Source: Muribaculaceae bacterium
Lineage (GTDB): Bacteria > Bacteroidota > Bacteroidia > Bacteroidales > Muribaculaceae
Length of the DNA: 64,000 bases
NCBI GenBank assembly: GCA_017557625.1
Contig: JAFYYG010000031.1
Span: 1,547-65,546, forward strand
Direction: 5' to 3'
Shown here: one piece after another, positions 49,403-59,563 of the stretch
Layout: each line of letters opens with the position of its first letter
Position numbering within the stretch: the first letter of the stretch is position 1
Made by a program: the position numbers and the translations under genes
Notes under the pieces: generated by a model
Seen by the model: the letters and a program-made list of their open reading frames with translations, nothing else
What the model was told of the DNA's origin: nothing
Databases searched by the model: none

Positions 49403-50953
49403 TTACTTCGCTACTTTCTCGAGGCGCTTGAGCATTGAGAACATAAAGACCGCCGCAATGATACACAGGGCGATAAGAATTGCCCAGTTGTACATGAGCG
49501 GTATTTTGTCCCACAGTCTTGATGGGATAGAACTCAAGTAGTTACCTATAGCGGTTGCCACGAACCAGCCTCCCATCATCATTCCCTTGTATTTGGGTGG
49601 TGCGACTTTAGACACGAAACTGATTCCCATGGGAGAGAGGAATAGCTCGGCAATAGTGAGCGTGAAGTAGGTGCCTATGAGCCATGATGGCGATAGCACG
49701 CTCTGAGTGCTATTGCCTAGGTCCATTGGAGATGTCAAGCCAATAGAAGCAAGAGTTATGATTCCAAATCCCACTGCCGCCAAGAGCATACCCCAAGCAA
49801 TGCGAGCAGGGGCGCTGATCGCATGATTGCGTGCTGCCAAAACGCCGAAGAAAAGTATGCTGAACGGTGTGAGAGCCACTACAAAGAATGGGTTAAACTG
49901 CTGGAAATCGCTGGGTTGAGCCATGGTAGGGTCGTCCATTCTCATAAATAAGGCTATCGCTAAAGCCACAAGTGCTATTGTAGATACACCGCAAATGATG
50001 CGTGTCTTTTTTTGCTTGCTCTGGAAAGTTGCAAATCCAGTGTAAACAGCTAGTGCAATTAATGCTAAAGAGAAAATATTGAACCACATGCGCATACCTC
50101 CAGTGATATTGAGATTAGTGTATTTCTTTGCGAAGAAGGTAAGCGCCGAACCATTTTGGTGGAATGCCATCCAGAAGAATATTACAACCGCAAACACCAG
50201 TAGCAAGGCTGTGATACGTTCTCTGGTCTGCGCTGGTGTGAGTTCCTCTACGGCGGCATTGTCTTCTTTAGCCTGCTTTGCAGTCTTCATGGCGTCTTTG
50301 AACCAGCTCTTGCAAGCAAAATAGATGACGGCACTTAATATAAGCGAAGCACAAGCCACACCAAAGCATAGTCCATAGCCTCCATATAGCGCTTGAAGGT
50401 AGTCGGGTGAGAAGTTGGCGGCATCGTAGGTGAATCCATAGCTTTCAAGATATTGATTAGTAATCCACTTTGCCATTGAGGGAGCAAACATCGCGCCAAT
50501 GTTGATAGCCATGTAGAAAAGTGAGAAAGCATCATCACGACGGTCGGCATATTTTGGGTTGTCAAAAAGGTTGCCTATCATTACCTGCAGGTTGCCTTTA
50601 AACAAACCAGTGCCGATAGATACACAAGCCAGACCGGCATACATGGTGACAAGTCCCATGGTGTCTGCTGATGTGGGTATCGCTAATCCCAGGTATCCAA
50701 TGAACATTGTTAACATTCCGATGGTAACACATTTGCCGTATCCAATTTTGTCGGCAAGCATACCACCGAAAAGAGGTGCAAAATAAACTACTGCAAGGAA
50801 TATGGCATAGACATGTCCTGCCTGTTCCTCGCTCCATCCGAATTTTGCTTGCATAAACAGAGCAAAAATCGCAAGCATCGTGTAGTAGCCGAAGCGTTCG
50901 CCTGTGTTGGCCAGCGCCAGGGCAAATAAGCCTTTAGGTTGATTTTTGAACAT
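49403..50953 (-). CDS. POT/PTR-family peptide MFS transporter
   Basis: GERFGYY, GTGLFKGN, FSLFYMAINIGA, AELFLSPMGISFVSKVAP. Confidence 0.95.
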   Translation of the reverse strand: MFKNQPKGLFALALANTGERFGYYTMLAIFALFMQAKFGWSEEQAGHVYAIFLAVVYFAPLFGGMLADKIGYGKCVTIGMLTMFIGYLGLAIPTSADTMGLVTMYAGLACVSIGTGLFKGNLQVMIGNLFDNPKYADRRDDAFSLFYMAINIGAMFAPSMAKWITNQYLESYGFTYDAANFSPDYLQALYGGYGLCFGVACASLILSAVIYFACKSWFKDAMKTAKQAKEDNAAVEELTPAQTRERITALLLVFAVVIFFWMAFHQNGSALTFFAKKYTNLNITGGMRMWFNIFSLALIALAVYTGFATFQSKQKKTRIICGVSTIALVALAIALFMRMDDPTMAQPSDFQQFNPFFVVALTPFSILFFGVLAARNHAISAPARIAWGMLLAAVGFGIITLASIGLTSPMDLGNSTQSVLSPSWLIGTYFTLTIAELFLSPMGISFVSKVAPPKYKGMMMGGWFVATAIGNYLSSIPSRLWDKIPLMYNWAILIALCIIAAVFMFSMLKRLEKVAK

Positions 50954-51063
50954 GAGTTAATCGTTTTTATAGGTGTTATTACTAATTGATTATTCTTTTA
51001 TGTCAGAAAAATGTCTAAATTTTTCAAAAATAAATGGAGATTTAGCTTATTTATGGTTTCGGT

Positions 51064-52488
51064 TTATATAGCAAACAGATCATCAATATTTATTTCGTTC
51101 TGTATTGTTCCAAAATATTTGTTACGAGCCAGTCCAAAGGTTGTTACCATAACAATATGAACGGCATTTCTTGTTTTGGTTATTCTTGAGAAAACAGCCT
51201 TCTTTGTGTTCAGTTCTTTATCATAGCTAGCTGTAATGGCATAAAGTTCAGAAGAATACTTTATTTCGCACAAGTCGGTGATGCCATCGCTGCGTTGAAT
51301 GAGCAAATCTATTTGAGTCCCTGGAATGCCCTTTTCTTTATTGCCGGTGTAACGCCATGCATATTCATTTGTCAAGATGCCTGCAATTCCCAGTGTGCTC
51401 TTAATTTGCTCTACATGCCACAAGCACACTCGTTCAAAAGCCAGTCCACACCAAGTGTTGTATTGCGGTTTATCTTGCATTGTGAGCCAAAAATTGTGTC
51501 CTGGATGTTTGCCGTGCAAGAATGTGTAATAGAATAAGGTGAAGCTGTCAATCAATTGATAAATGTCTTCTTTGACAATTCTACCAGGCATAGAGTAGGA
51601 ACGAATGAAGCCACACCATTCAAGGTCATGCAGGACTTCGCTGAACCTGCCATTGTTACTAAACTTACCGGCTTTGACCAGTTCCTTGCGTGTCATGCCC
51701 ATCTTCTTGGCAGCCAAAATTGAAATTACAGCCATAAATGGCTCGGGATTACTGAAAAGTGACGAATAGAGCATACTGAACTCGTCGTGTAGTTCGCCGT
51801 CCTCATTAAATATTAATCGGTCAACCTCTTGGGCTAGACTTGCACCAGGTTTGAGAAGAGTCCAATAATAAGGAACACCTCCAAAAATCATGTAAGCTTC
51901 GAGAACTTGTTTTCGGGTCATCTCGATATTGAGATATTGCACCAATTGTTCACACAATCGCAAAGAGAAAGGTTTTAGAGCAATGCGATGAGTAAGGCGG
52001 TTGTGTAGTCCCCCTTTGTTCTTGATAATCTTTTTTACCATCCAGGATGTGGAACTGCCGCACACAATAAACACTATGTCTTTGCGTGCCGATGCCCATC
52101 CGTTCCAGAAAGATTCCAACTCGCTCAAGAAGTCTGACCTGGGAGCGTCCATCCATGGCAGTTCATCAAAGAAAATAACTTTCTTGCCATTGGGCATTTG
52201 GTTGATTAATCGTCTCAGTTCGGCAAAAGCGCTCAACCAGTTGGTGATAGACAAAGCAACATCTTTCAAGCCTTGCTCTTTCAGTGCTTGACGAAAACGA
52301 GCCAACTGCTTTTTGGTGCTGGTGCGTGCTGCTCCTGTAAACTGGAAGGCAAACTTGTAGTTGAAAGTTTCTCTTATTAGGAAAGTCTTTCCCACTCTAC
52401 GGCGACCATATACAGCAATGAACTGCGAATACTCATTAGCAGCAGCTTCAATCAAAGACTGTTTTTCTTTTTCACGTCCTATAAGCAT
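51064..52488 (-). CDS. AAA/STAND-like ATPase with C-terminal PD-(D/E)XK-like domain (paralogue of 11106-12548)
   Basis: IGREKE, GRRRVGKT, FFDELPW, GGVPYY, QIDLLIQR...LCEIKY. Confidence 0.9.
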   Translation of the reverse strand: MLIGREKEKQSLIEAAANEYSQFIAVYGRRRVGKTFLIRETFNYKFAFQFTGAARTSTKKQLARFRQALKEQGLKDVALSITNWLSAFAELRRLINQMPNGKKVIFFDELPWMDAPRSDFLSELESFWNGWASARKDIVFIVCGSSTSWMVKKIIKNKGGLHNRLTHRIALKPFSLRLCEQLVQYLNIEMTRKQVLEAYMIFGGVPYYWTLLKPGASLAQEVDRLIFNEDGELHDEFSMLYSSLFSNPEPFMAVISILAAKKMGMTRKELVKAGKFSNNGRFSEVLHDLEWCGFIRSYSMPGRIVKEDIYQLIDSFTLFYYTFLHGKHPGHNFWLTMQDKPQYNTWCGLAFERVCLWHVEQIKSTLGIAGILTNEYAWRYTGNKEKGIPGTQIDLLIQRSDGITDLCEIKYSSELYAITASYDKELNTKKAVFSRITKTRNAVHIVMVTTFGLARNKYFGTIQNEINIDDLFAI

Positions 52489-52520
52489 AAGTAATTTTTT
52501 TGCAAAGATAAAAAAAAATA

Positions 52521-52571
52521 CCATAAAACGGCTAAATCTGCATTATTTTTTGAGATTTAGCCGTTTTATGG
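52521..52571. repeat. Perfect 19-bp inverted repeat upstream of the ATPase, with a degenerate copy downstream (about 51007-51058)
   Basis: CCATAAAACGGCTAAATCT / AGATTTAGCCGTTTTATGG; AGATTTAGCTTATTTATGGTT at 51038-51058. Confidence 0.8.
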
Positions 52572-52668
52572 TTAAGTTTCCTGCAATTTTATGTTGCAAT
52601 AGAGTATAAATAAAGCCGAGAGCTGAAAAAATCGCTACTCGGCTTTTTGTTGTTTTTAAGATAGGTGC

Positions 52669-54333
52669 TTATTTAGTAACTTTTTCGAGCCATTTCATCA
52701 TTCCAAGCATCACACCCATTGAGATGAGGCAGAACCCGGCAAATACTGCCCAGCACTGCCACTGATGTGGGAAATTGTTGAGCATTGTCACTCCAAGGGC
52801 GATAAACAAGTTGCCTATAGCTGTAGCAGTAAGCCACAAGCCTTGGCAGATGCCTTGCAGGTGGGTTGGTGCTATCTTAGATACGAACGACAGGCCAAGT
52901 GGCGAGATGAACAACTCGGCAACGGTAAGGAAGAAGTAGGTGACAATCAGCACCCAGGGACCTGCTTTCATTGAATCTTTCATGGCTTCAGGCAAACCCT
53001 TAAATTCTGCACCCGAGGGATAACCATTGGTGGCTGCGATAGCGATGAGGAATAAATAGGCGCTTGCCGCTACAAACATTCCCAATGCAATCTTGCGAGG
53101 AGTGGAGAATTCTTTGCCTTTACGGGCCATAGCAGCAAATACCATCATAATGATGGGGGTGAGGACAATCACAAAGAATGGGTTGATGCATTGCCATATT
53201 TCAGGGGCAATTGAGTTGGTATTACAGAAATCACGGGCAAACACCGACAGTGACTGGCCATTCTGATGGAAGGAGAACCAGAAGAATACGGCCACACCAA
53301 GCACTGCATACAAGGCATACATGCGTTGCTTAATCTCTTTAGCATCGGTTGTGATTTGTTCCTTGCTAACAGATATTGCCTCTTTTACTTTTTTGATGGG
53401 ATTGGGAAGTGATTTGCGAGTTGCAACGAAGATGAAGAATGATATTAACATGGCCACAGCCGATGCAATAAACGAGTAGTGCACACCAGTGTTGAAACTC
53501 TCAAGGTAATTTGTGCAGAAGGTTGTCATGTCGCCAACCTGGCCGCCATCTATTACTGAATTATTGGCAAGTGTTGTGAGGTTCTTCATGTCATCGCCCT
53601 TGAGTGAGCCATTCAAGAAGCCGTGGCACAGACGAGGAAGGTCAGAATTATAGATGAATCCATCGAGTTTAAGCATTGCGCTGCGAAGCAATGGTGCAAC
53701 GAAAGGCGCAATCACGCCGCCAATGTTGATGAAGACATAGAAAATTTGGAAACCACTGTCACGACGTGACTTGACGATAGCAAGTTCTTCGGGACCTTTT
53801 TTGGCAGTTTCGGCCTCATAGTTGTCATACAACTGGCCAACGATAGCCTGCAGGTTGCCCTTGAACAAACCATTACCGGCTGCGATGAGCAAGAGGGCAA
53901 AACAGGTTAGCACGAGAATCCACATGGGAACTGCGCCGGGGTTGCCTCCAAACACAGGTATTGACAGAATTAAATAGCCTGCCGCCATGACGAGGAGACC
54001 AGCCATGATGGTACCCTTGTAGTTTTGCAACTTGTCGGCAATCATTCCGCCAGGAAGGCTAAGAACGTAAATAAGGAAATAGAACACGGCATAAATCCAG
54101 CCGGCAGCATCGTCGCTAATGCCAAACTTTGAACACAAGAATAACAGTAGCACTGCATTCATGATGTAGTAGCCAAATCGCTCGCCCATGTTAGACAGGG
54201 CGGCCGAGATAAGGCCCTTGGGGTGTTTTTTCTTTGCCTCAATTATATAGTAAATGAGGAAAGGCAGAACCACAATTAATACCGCAATTAGCATGAACAT
54301 CATGCGGTTGTTGTTCCATAGATCTTGTAACAT
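52669..54333 (-). CDS. POT/PTR-family peptide MFS transporter
   Basis: GERFGYY, GNGLFKGN, FQIFYVFINIG, AELFISPLGLSFVSKIAP. Confidence 0.95.
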   Translation of the reverse strand: MLQDLWNNNRMMFMLIAVLIVVLPFLIYYIIEAKKKHPKGLISAALSNMGERFGYYIMNAVLLLFLCSKFGISDDAAGWIYAVFYFLIYVLSLPGGMIADKLQNYKGTIMAGLLVMAAGYLILSIPVFGGNPGAVPMWILVLTCFALLLIAAGNGLFKGNLQAIVGQLYDNYEAETAKKGPEELAIVKSRRDSGFQIFYVFINIGGVIAPFVAPLLRSAMLKLDGFIYNSDLPRLCHGFLNGSLKGDDMKNLTTLANNSVIDGGQVGDMTTFCTNYLESFNTGVHYSFIASAVAMLISFFIFVATRKSLPNPIKKVKEAISVSKEQITTDAKEIKQRMYALYAVLGVAVFFWFSFHQNGQSLSVFARDFCNTNSIAPEIWQCINPFFVIVLTPIIMMVFAAMARKGKEFSTPRKIALGMFVAASAYLFLIAIAATNGYPSGAEFKGLPEAMKDSMKAGPWVLIVTYFFLTVAELFISPLGLSFVSKIAPTHLQGICQGLWLTATAIGNLFIALGVTMLNNFPHQWQCWAVFAGFCLISMGVMLGMMKWLEKVTK

Positions 54334-54391
54334 AGTCAGTTTATTTATTATTAATGGTTAAAAATTATATTGCTTCGTACTCCAGTCTTAA

Positions 54392-54820
54392 TTAAGCATC
54401 GTGCATTGCTGCGAATGCTGTGGCGTAGGCCTTCATATTCTTGAGCATGGAGAGGAGGCCGTTGCTGCGTGTGGGGGAGAGGTGGTCGCGCAGGCCTATG
54501 CTGTCGATGAAATAGAGGTCGGCATCGATGATGTCTTGCGGTTTCTGGCCTGAGAGCACGCGAATGAGCATCGCCACGATGCCCTTAACTATCATGGCGT
54601 CGCTGTCGGCACGGTAGGTGACAATGCCGTCGCTGTACTGCGCATCAAGCCACAGTCGGCTTTGGCATCCTTCAATCAGGTTGTCGGGAGTCTTGAGGCT
54701 CTCATCGAGAGTGTCGAGCGCGTTGCCCATCTCAATGATGTAGGCATAGCGGTCCATCCAGTCGTCAAGGTCGGTGAACTCGTCTATTATCTCATCTTGA
54801 ATTTTGTTGATCTCAGTCAT
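54392..54820 (-). CDS. sufE: Fe-S cluster assembly sulfur acceptor SufE
   Basis: DWMDRYAYIIEMG, IEGCQSRLW, ADSDAMIVKG, LSPTRSNGL. Confidence 0.93.
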   Translation of the reverse strand: MTEINKIQDEIIDEFTDLDDWMDRYAYIIEMGNALDTLDESLKTPDNLIEGCQSRLWLDAQYSDGIVTYRADSDAMIVKGIVAMLIRVLSGQKPQDIIDADLYFIDSIGLRDHLSPTRSNGLLSMLKNMKAYATAFAAMHDA

Positions 54821-55050
54821 TTTATTGAATGATGTGTATAAATCGGTCAAAGTTACTCATAATTTTGGTTTCTCACAAGATTTTGATAAAAAAGTTTAGA
54901 GTTTAAAGTTCAGTGTTCAGTGTTTAGAGGGGTTATTTGTCCCACGTTCCTGGTTCTTCAATCCTTCACCTCCCATACTAATAACATAAGGTGCTGGACC
55001 TTGAGGGTACAGCACCTTAATTATATAAGAAGTGTTAAGTGGTTCAGTGA

Positions 55051-57204
55051 TTATTGTTGTGGATTCTCAAATCTGAGGGTGTTGTTGTAAACCTTGCGGC
55101 TTTTCGATATAATACTTTCTGGGTTAACTCCCATCAAACTCGAGAAGAAACTTGCGATTTGCTCTTTTGGCTGTGGTTGGGCAGACTGTTCTATCTTGTT
55201 GACCTTTACTACATAGAGAGCGTTTTGACCTGCAATAACCTGAATCTTATCTTTTGCCTTCTGTCCCATACCGATGATGCGTCCAATAACTATGGGGTCG
55301 TTAATGTTCAAAAGACTTGGGCAAGGCATTACATTTGAATTAAGCAGTTTAGCATATCCATCCAAATCTTGAGCCTTACCATTATACTTGTTGAAAAGGT
55401 CCTTACCAATCTTCTTGTTGAGGATATAGCTGGTGAGTTGTTCCTTAACGCTGGGGTCGTTATATGGCTGGTAGTCTTTATACACATCTTCTAAAGCTGC
55501 AACAACCATATATCTTTGTTCCTCATTTTCTATGATTTGAGAAACAGCGCCAGGTTTGTTATTGAATGCCCAATAAATAAGTTCGCGTGTGCCGATAATA
55601 GGACCAATCTTTTTATGGCCAATATATGGAAAGTTGGCATCAACTGCGCATTCATATACCTCATATTTTGCTTCTTTGGCATTTTTCTTGAAGTCGGCAG
55701 CAGTCTTGTTCTTGTCGATATAAGCCTGCAATTTCTTTCTAAAGTCATTGAGAGTTGTTTCGCTTGGCTCGTTCTCGTATCTTACACGAGCTACCGAATA
55801 GAGGGTTATGGGAGCCTTGTACTGAACCACTTGTGCATATAAGGCAACATTTTCTTCGCCCTGAGTGTTGCTGTCAAGCAAGAAAAATTCTCCGTCCAAG
55901 TGAGACTTGATTTTCTCACGAATAGAATCTTGGAAAACAAGATTGTCAGATGTGACTGATTTGTTGGGTAATTGAAGGTAAACAACTCCATCTGGTACAG
56001 GTTGTTTGCTGTTTTTGTCAAATACCTGTATTTTAATGTTTTGGTTGTTTTTAAGCGAGTCGATTGGCATGCCGTTTTTGAGCAGATTCATGACAGAATC
56101 TTGCATCTGTTTGTTGCCCTTTATAGAAACATAATTTAATCCAAGCGAGTCAGGACACTCAACGACCTTAGTTACCTTATATATATAGTAGTAGCGGTCG
56201 CTAGCTTTTTCAGGCTTAATTGTTTTCATGTTGTCTATGCCTCCGTCAAGCAATTCCATGAAATTAGGATTCTTGGGTTCAGATGCTCCTGTTGGCAATG
56301 CGATAAGTGTATTGCTCTTACTGTTGGTCATCAGCGAGTCAATAATCACATTATCATATATCTTGTTGTCTTCTTTTTTGTGGTTCTTCAAGCCGAGAAT
56401 ACCCTCTTGGCTCTGGAAGTCATTGTATATCTTTGCGATATTGGCATCACCCGTTTTTATGTCATCGTTAGATGGGTCTAAGTCAACTTTAATGAAGCTG
56501 ATAAGACGCTGTTCTTGGTCAATCTTGAAGAATTCCTTATAAGTTTTGTAAGCCTCTTTTAATTCTTCGTCGCTAACCTTGTAGTCCTTAGCGTAGTCAT
56601 CGTATTTAGCATAGGTATACTCAATGTCGTATTGAGCAGTCAAGTCATTGATAAGCATCTTCTCAAGCTTGTTGGGCTTATAGCAACTTAAAACAGCGAG
56701 ATCCAATTTTGCTTTCTTCAGCTCATTTGCTATTTCTGGAATACGATTTTCGCAATAAGATTTATATGCTGCTAATTGTTGTTGATTAGGATCATTAGAG
56801 TTGGGATCGGGTCTGGAGTTCTTGATTTGCTCAAAAGTTTTATTATCTAGTCCAGTTTCTTTAAAGAGGATAGAAAGAATCTCCTCATCGGTGGCATAAA
56901 TGCCAGCTTCTTCACACTCTTGCGAGACGATTCTGTCGCTAATAATTTGTTGTGCAACCTGTTGGCGCATTACGGCTGGATCGTCTTTTTGATTTTGATT
57001 TTGATTCTTCTTTTGTAGCCTGTCCTGTTCTGCGCTGAATTCTTGAGGACTTATTTTCTCATCTCCCACTGTCAGCATAGAGGTGTCCTTTCCTAAGAAT
57101 CCCATAGCTTTTGCGGCTTCTTCACCGATAAAAGCAAGTAGACCTAGTCCTATGACAATTGCCAAAATTGCTGATCTTCTTCTGATTTTTTCTAATACTG
57201 CCAT
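55051..57204 (-). CDS. SurA N-terminal domain / PpiD-like periplasmic chaperone
   Basis: MAVLEKIRRRS plus TM (IGLGLLAFI); VSDEELKEAYKTYKEFF..QEQRLISFI; WAFNNKPGAVS; divergent and AT-rich. Confidence 0.8.
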   Translation of the reverse strand: MAVLEKIRRRSAILAIVIGLGLLAFIGEEAAKAMGFLGKDTSMLTVGDEKISPQEFSAEQDRLQKKNQNQNQKDDPAVMRQQVAQQIISDRIVSQECEEAGIYATDEEILSILFKETGLDNKTFEQIKNSRPDPNSNDPNQQQLAAYKSYCENRIPEIANELKKAKLDLAVLSCYKPNKLEKMLINDLTAQYDIEYTYAKYDDYAKDYKVSDEELKEAYKTYKEFFKIDQEQRLISFIKVDLDPSNDDIKTGDANIAKIYNDFQSQEGILGLKNHKKEDNKIYDNVIIDSLMTNSKSNTLIALPTGASEPKNPNFMELLDGGIDNMKTIKPEKASDRYYYIYKVTKVVECPDSLGLNYVSIKGNKQMQDSVMNLLKNGMPIDSLKNNQNIKIQVFDKNSKQPVPDGVVYLQLPNKSVTSDNLVFQDSIREKIKSHLDGEFFLLDSNTQGEENVALYAQVVQYKAPITLYSVARVRYENEPSETTLNDFRKKLQAYIDKNKTAADFKKNAKEAKYEVYECAVDANFPYIGHKKIGPIIGTRELIYWAFNNKPGAVSQIIENEEQRYMVVAALEDVYKDYQPYNDPSVKEQLTSYILNKKIGKDLFNKYNGKAQDLDGYAKLLNSNVMPCPSLLNINDPIVIGRIIGMGQKAKDKIQVIAGQNALYVVKVNKIEQSAQPQPKEQIASFFSSLMGVNPESIISKSRKVYNNTLRFENPQQ

Positions 57205-57436
57205 TATTGTTATTTTTTATGTTTTTTGTTATTCAAATTTAATTATTTGCGAAAAAGCATGCAAAGATAGACATTTTTTGCTTACTGACAAAAAAGTGTG
57301 GTGATTTTGTTGCAAAAATCTATGCAACTTGCCGTTTTGCATAGGTTTTTTGCCCAAGAAAACACCCATTTTCCCGAAATGATAGCCTAAATGTGGATGT
57401 GATATTTTAATGTGGTTAGTCATGTTGAGGCTGTCA

Positions 57437-57444
57437 TAATTTTG
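57437..57444 (+). promoter_or_regulatory. -7 promoter element for the scaffold-capsid pair
   Basis: TAATTTTG about 55 nt upstream of ATG 57498. Confidence 0.6.
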
Positions 57445-57497
57445 CAACGTGAAATTCAACCATCCCAATCTATCAACCATAAATCTATATTAAAGAG

Positions 57498-57920
57498 ATG
57501 AACATCGACAAAATTATCGAAGAAAACGCTGTTGCCGAGGCTCAGCAGGAGACCTCAAGCGAGCTCAAGACTGCAGCCGAAGAGCATTCTCACGAAGAAA
57601 CCTCTCCCGCTGAAGAGGACTCCAAACAACTCGACGACGTGCAGCATCTGCTCCAGGAGCTTGGCGTTAGCGAGAGCATTGCCGCCTCGGCGAGGGTGAT
57701 TGTGCAGTCGCTCCGACAGGGCAACGCTTCCAGCGAGAGTATTGTCAAACTCGTGGTTCAGGCCCTTCGCCATGACGAGGACCTGAAAAATGCCGAGACG
57801 CAAGGCTACCTGCGCGGTCGCAACGAGGTGATTGCCGCCACAACCACTCCCCCCGATGACAAGTCGCCCCGCCCCCTAAACTTTCCCATCTACACCAAGC
57901 GAAGCTTTTGGGACAAGTAG
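57498..57920 (+). CDS. Putative capsid scaffold-like protein (140 aa)
   Basis: Acidic helical protein; HDEDLKNAETQGYLRGRNEVI, Pro-rich linker, terminal KRSFWDK; directly upstream of the capsid gene. Confidence 0.55.
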   Translation: MNIDKIIEENAVAEAQQETSSELKTAAEEHSHEETSPAEEDSKQLDDVQHLLQELGVSESIAASARVIVQSLRQGNASSESIVKLVVQALRHDEDLKNAETQGYLRGRNEVIAATTTPPDDKSPRPLNFPIYTKRSFWDK

Positions 57921-58105
57921 GGTGGAAGGTGGACAGTGGAAAGTGGACAGTGGAAAGTGGACAGTGGAAAGTGGAAAGTGGAAAGAAAAAGACATATCCT
58001 CATCAATCATTGTTTCATATACCTCTTTCCACGTTCCTCTTTCCATCTTCCTCGTTCCCCGCTCCGCGCTCCACTCTCCACTCCAAACTCTAAACTCTAA
58101 ACTTA
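57921..58105. repeat. Heptamer tandem repeats in opposed orientation (AGTGGAA/AGTGGAC ... TTCC.., ACTCC../ACTCTAA)
   Basis: ggtggac agtggaa agtggac agtggaa... then ctccact ctccact ccaaact ctaaact ctaaact. Confidence 0.8.
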
Positions 58106-58113
58106 AAAAAGCC

Positions 58114-59526
58114 ATGTTATTCAAGAAACTTTTCAATCGTGCCATTGCTGTTAGCAATTGGCTCAAGAAGAACCGCAAGCTCCTCATGTTGTTGCTTGCT
58201 ATTGTGACGATGCTTATTCTTGGTGGTTGCCTCGCTGGATCTCACCATGTTGCCCTCGCTGTAGTGGTGGCTGGTGTAGCAGGTGGCAAGCACATCGATG
58301 ATGAGCCGCTCACTACTGACCTCACGCGTAACGCGTCGCCCGACCTGCTTCTCAACGAGATTGACCAGCAGATAGTGAAAATCCGCCCCATGGCTACCCC
58401 AATCGACCAGCTCTCGCGCTGCGCTGGCTCGAAGCATGTGGGCAGTATGATTGTCGATTATTATAATGTGGATACTAAGCCCACCAGTGCCGAGGTGGCG
58501 GACGACTATGTGGAGCCCGACGAAGGCGAGGCTACCGCCGATGACACCCGCATCACGCTGAGTACCAGCAACGACGACATGTTTGATGTCTCCGACACCA
58601 TCCTTGTGCAAGGTGTTTACGGCTACGACGCTACTGGCACCGAGCAGAGCAGGGAAGAGCTTGTGCTTTATGTCATCTCTCGTGACGACAGCAGTGGTCT
58701 TAAGGTGCAGGCTGTCAACGGAAAGAAGATAGGCAATGTGGAGGGTTGTGTGCCTTCTATTGATGAAGGCACGCCTCTCATTCGCATGGGGCGCGCTGCT
58801 ACTGAGCTCGACGTGATGTCGCCACAATTTGAGGCATTGCCTCATAAAGCTCAGCAGTTCTGCCAAATCTTCAAAATGCAGGTGGAACAGTCCACTTTGC
58901 AGAAGCTCTCCAACAAGGAGGTGCCCTGGACTATGACCGACCAGGAGGAGGCAGCTATCTACGACATGCGCCTGGGCATGGAGAAGTCGTTCCTCTTTGG
59001 CGTGAAGGGCAAGATTTGGGACAATGCCAAGAAGGAGTATGTGATGCTCACCGGAGGCATCTGGAAGCAGGCTGGCAAGGAGTTTGCCTATAACGCGCAA
59101 AGCATCAACCAGGAGTCGATTATCGACATGATGCGCAAGGCGTTCACTGGCAATGCCGGCAGCAAGCGCAAGATTCTCATTGGCGGCTCAGAGCTAATCG
59201 GCACCATCAACAAGCTCGACTACCAGCGTGTTATCACCGCCAGCGACACCATCACCAAGTGGGGTATTGACTTCACCGAGCTGAGGTCGAAATTCGGCAC
59301 GCTCTATGTGCTGCTCAGCGAGGTGTTTGACGAGTGTGGCATGGCTGCAAACGGCATGATTATCGACCCGGAATACTTGCAGAAATACGTTCATCAGCCA
59401 TTCAGCGCCGAGACCCTCAACCTCAAGGCAAGTGGTGTGCGCAATGTCGATGCCACTGTGCTCTCTGAGACCAGTTGCCTTGTGCTGCGCTATCCCAAGG
59501 CCCATATGCGCATCGTCAAGGCGTAA
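58114..59526 (+). CDS. HK97-fold major capsid protein-like (SU10 MCP/DUF5309-like) with hydrophobic N-terminal segment
   Basis: Ordered motifs IDQQIVKIRPMATPIDQ, FCQIFKMQVEQS, spine helix QEEAAIYDMRLGMEKSFLFG, TGGI, WGIDFTELRSKFGTL, IIDPEYL, ETSCLVLRYPKAHMRI; recognised by eye, not by HMM. Confidence 0.75.
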   Translation: MLFKKLFNRAIAVSNWLKKNRKLLMLLLAIVTMLILGGCLAGSHHVALAVVVAGVAGGKHIDDEPLTTDLTRNASPDLLLNEIDQQIVKIRPMATPIDQLSRCAGSKHVGSMIVDYYNVDTKPTSAEVADDYVEPDEGEATADDTRITLSTSNDDMFDVSDTILVQGVYGYDATGTEQSREELVLYVISRDDSSGLKVQAVNGKKIGNVEGCVPSIDEGTPLIRMGRAATELDVMSPQFEALPHKAQQFCQIFKMQVEQSTLQKLSNKEVPWTMTDQEEAAIYDMRLGMEKSFLFGVKGKIWDNAKKEYVMLTGGIWKQAGKEFAYNAQSINQESIIDMMRKAFTGNAGSKRKILIGGSELIGTINKLDYQRVITASDTITKWGIDFTELRSKFGTLYVLLSEVFDECGMAANGMIIDPEYLQKYVHQPFSAETLNLKASGVRNVDATVLSETSCLVLRYPKAHMRIVKA

Positions 59527-59563
59527 GAAAGTTGCTCATTTCCCCTAAAAATCTAATCCTTCT

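Noticed and set aside
57922-58113. N-terminal extension of the capsid ORF in the ORF track
   Set aside because: It is translated heptamer repeat (WKVDSGKWTVES); ATG 58114 after an A-rich stretch is the likelier start
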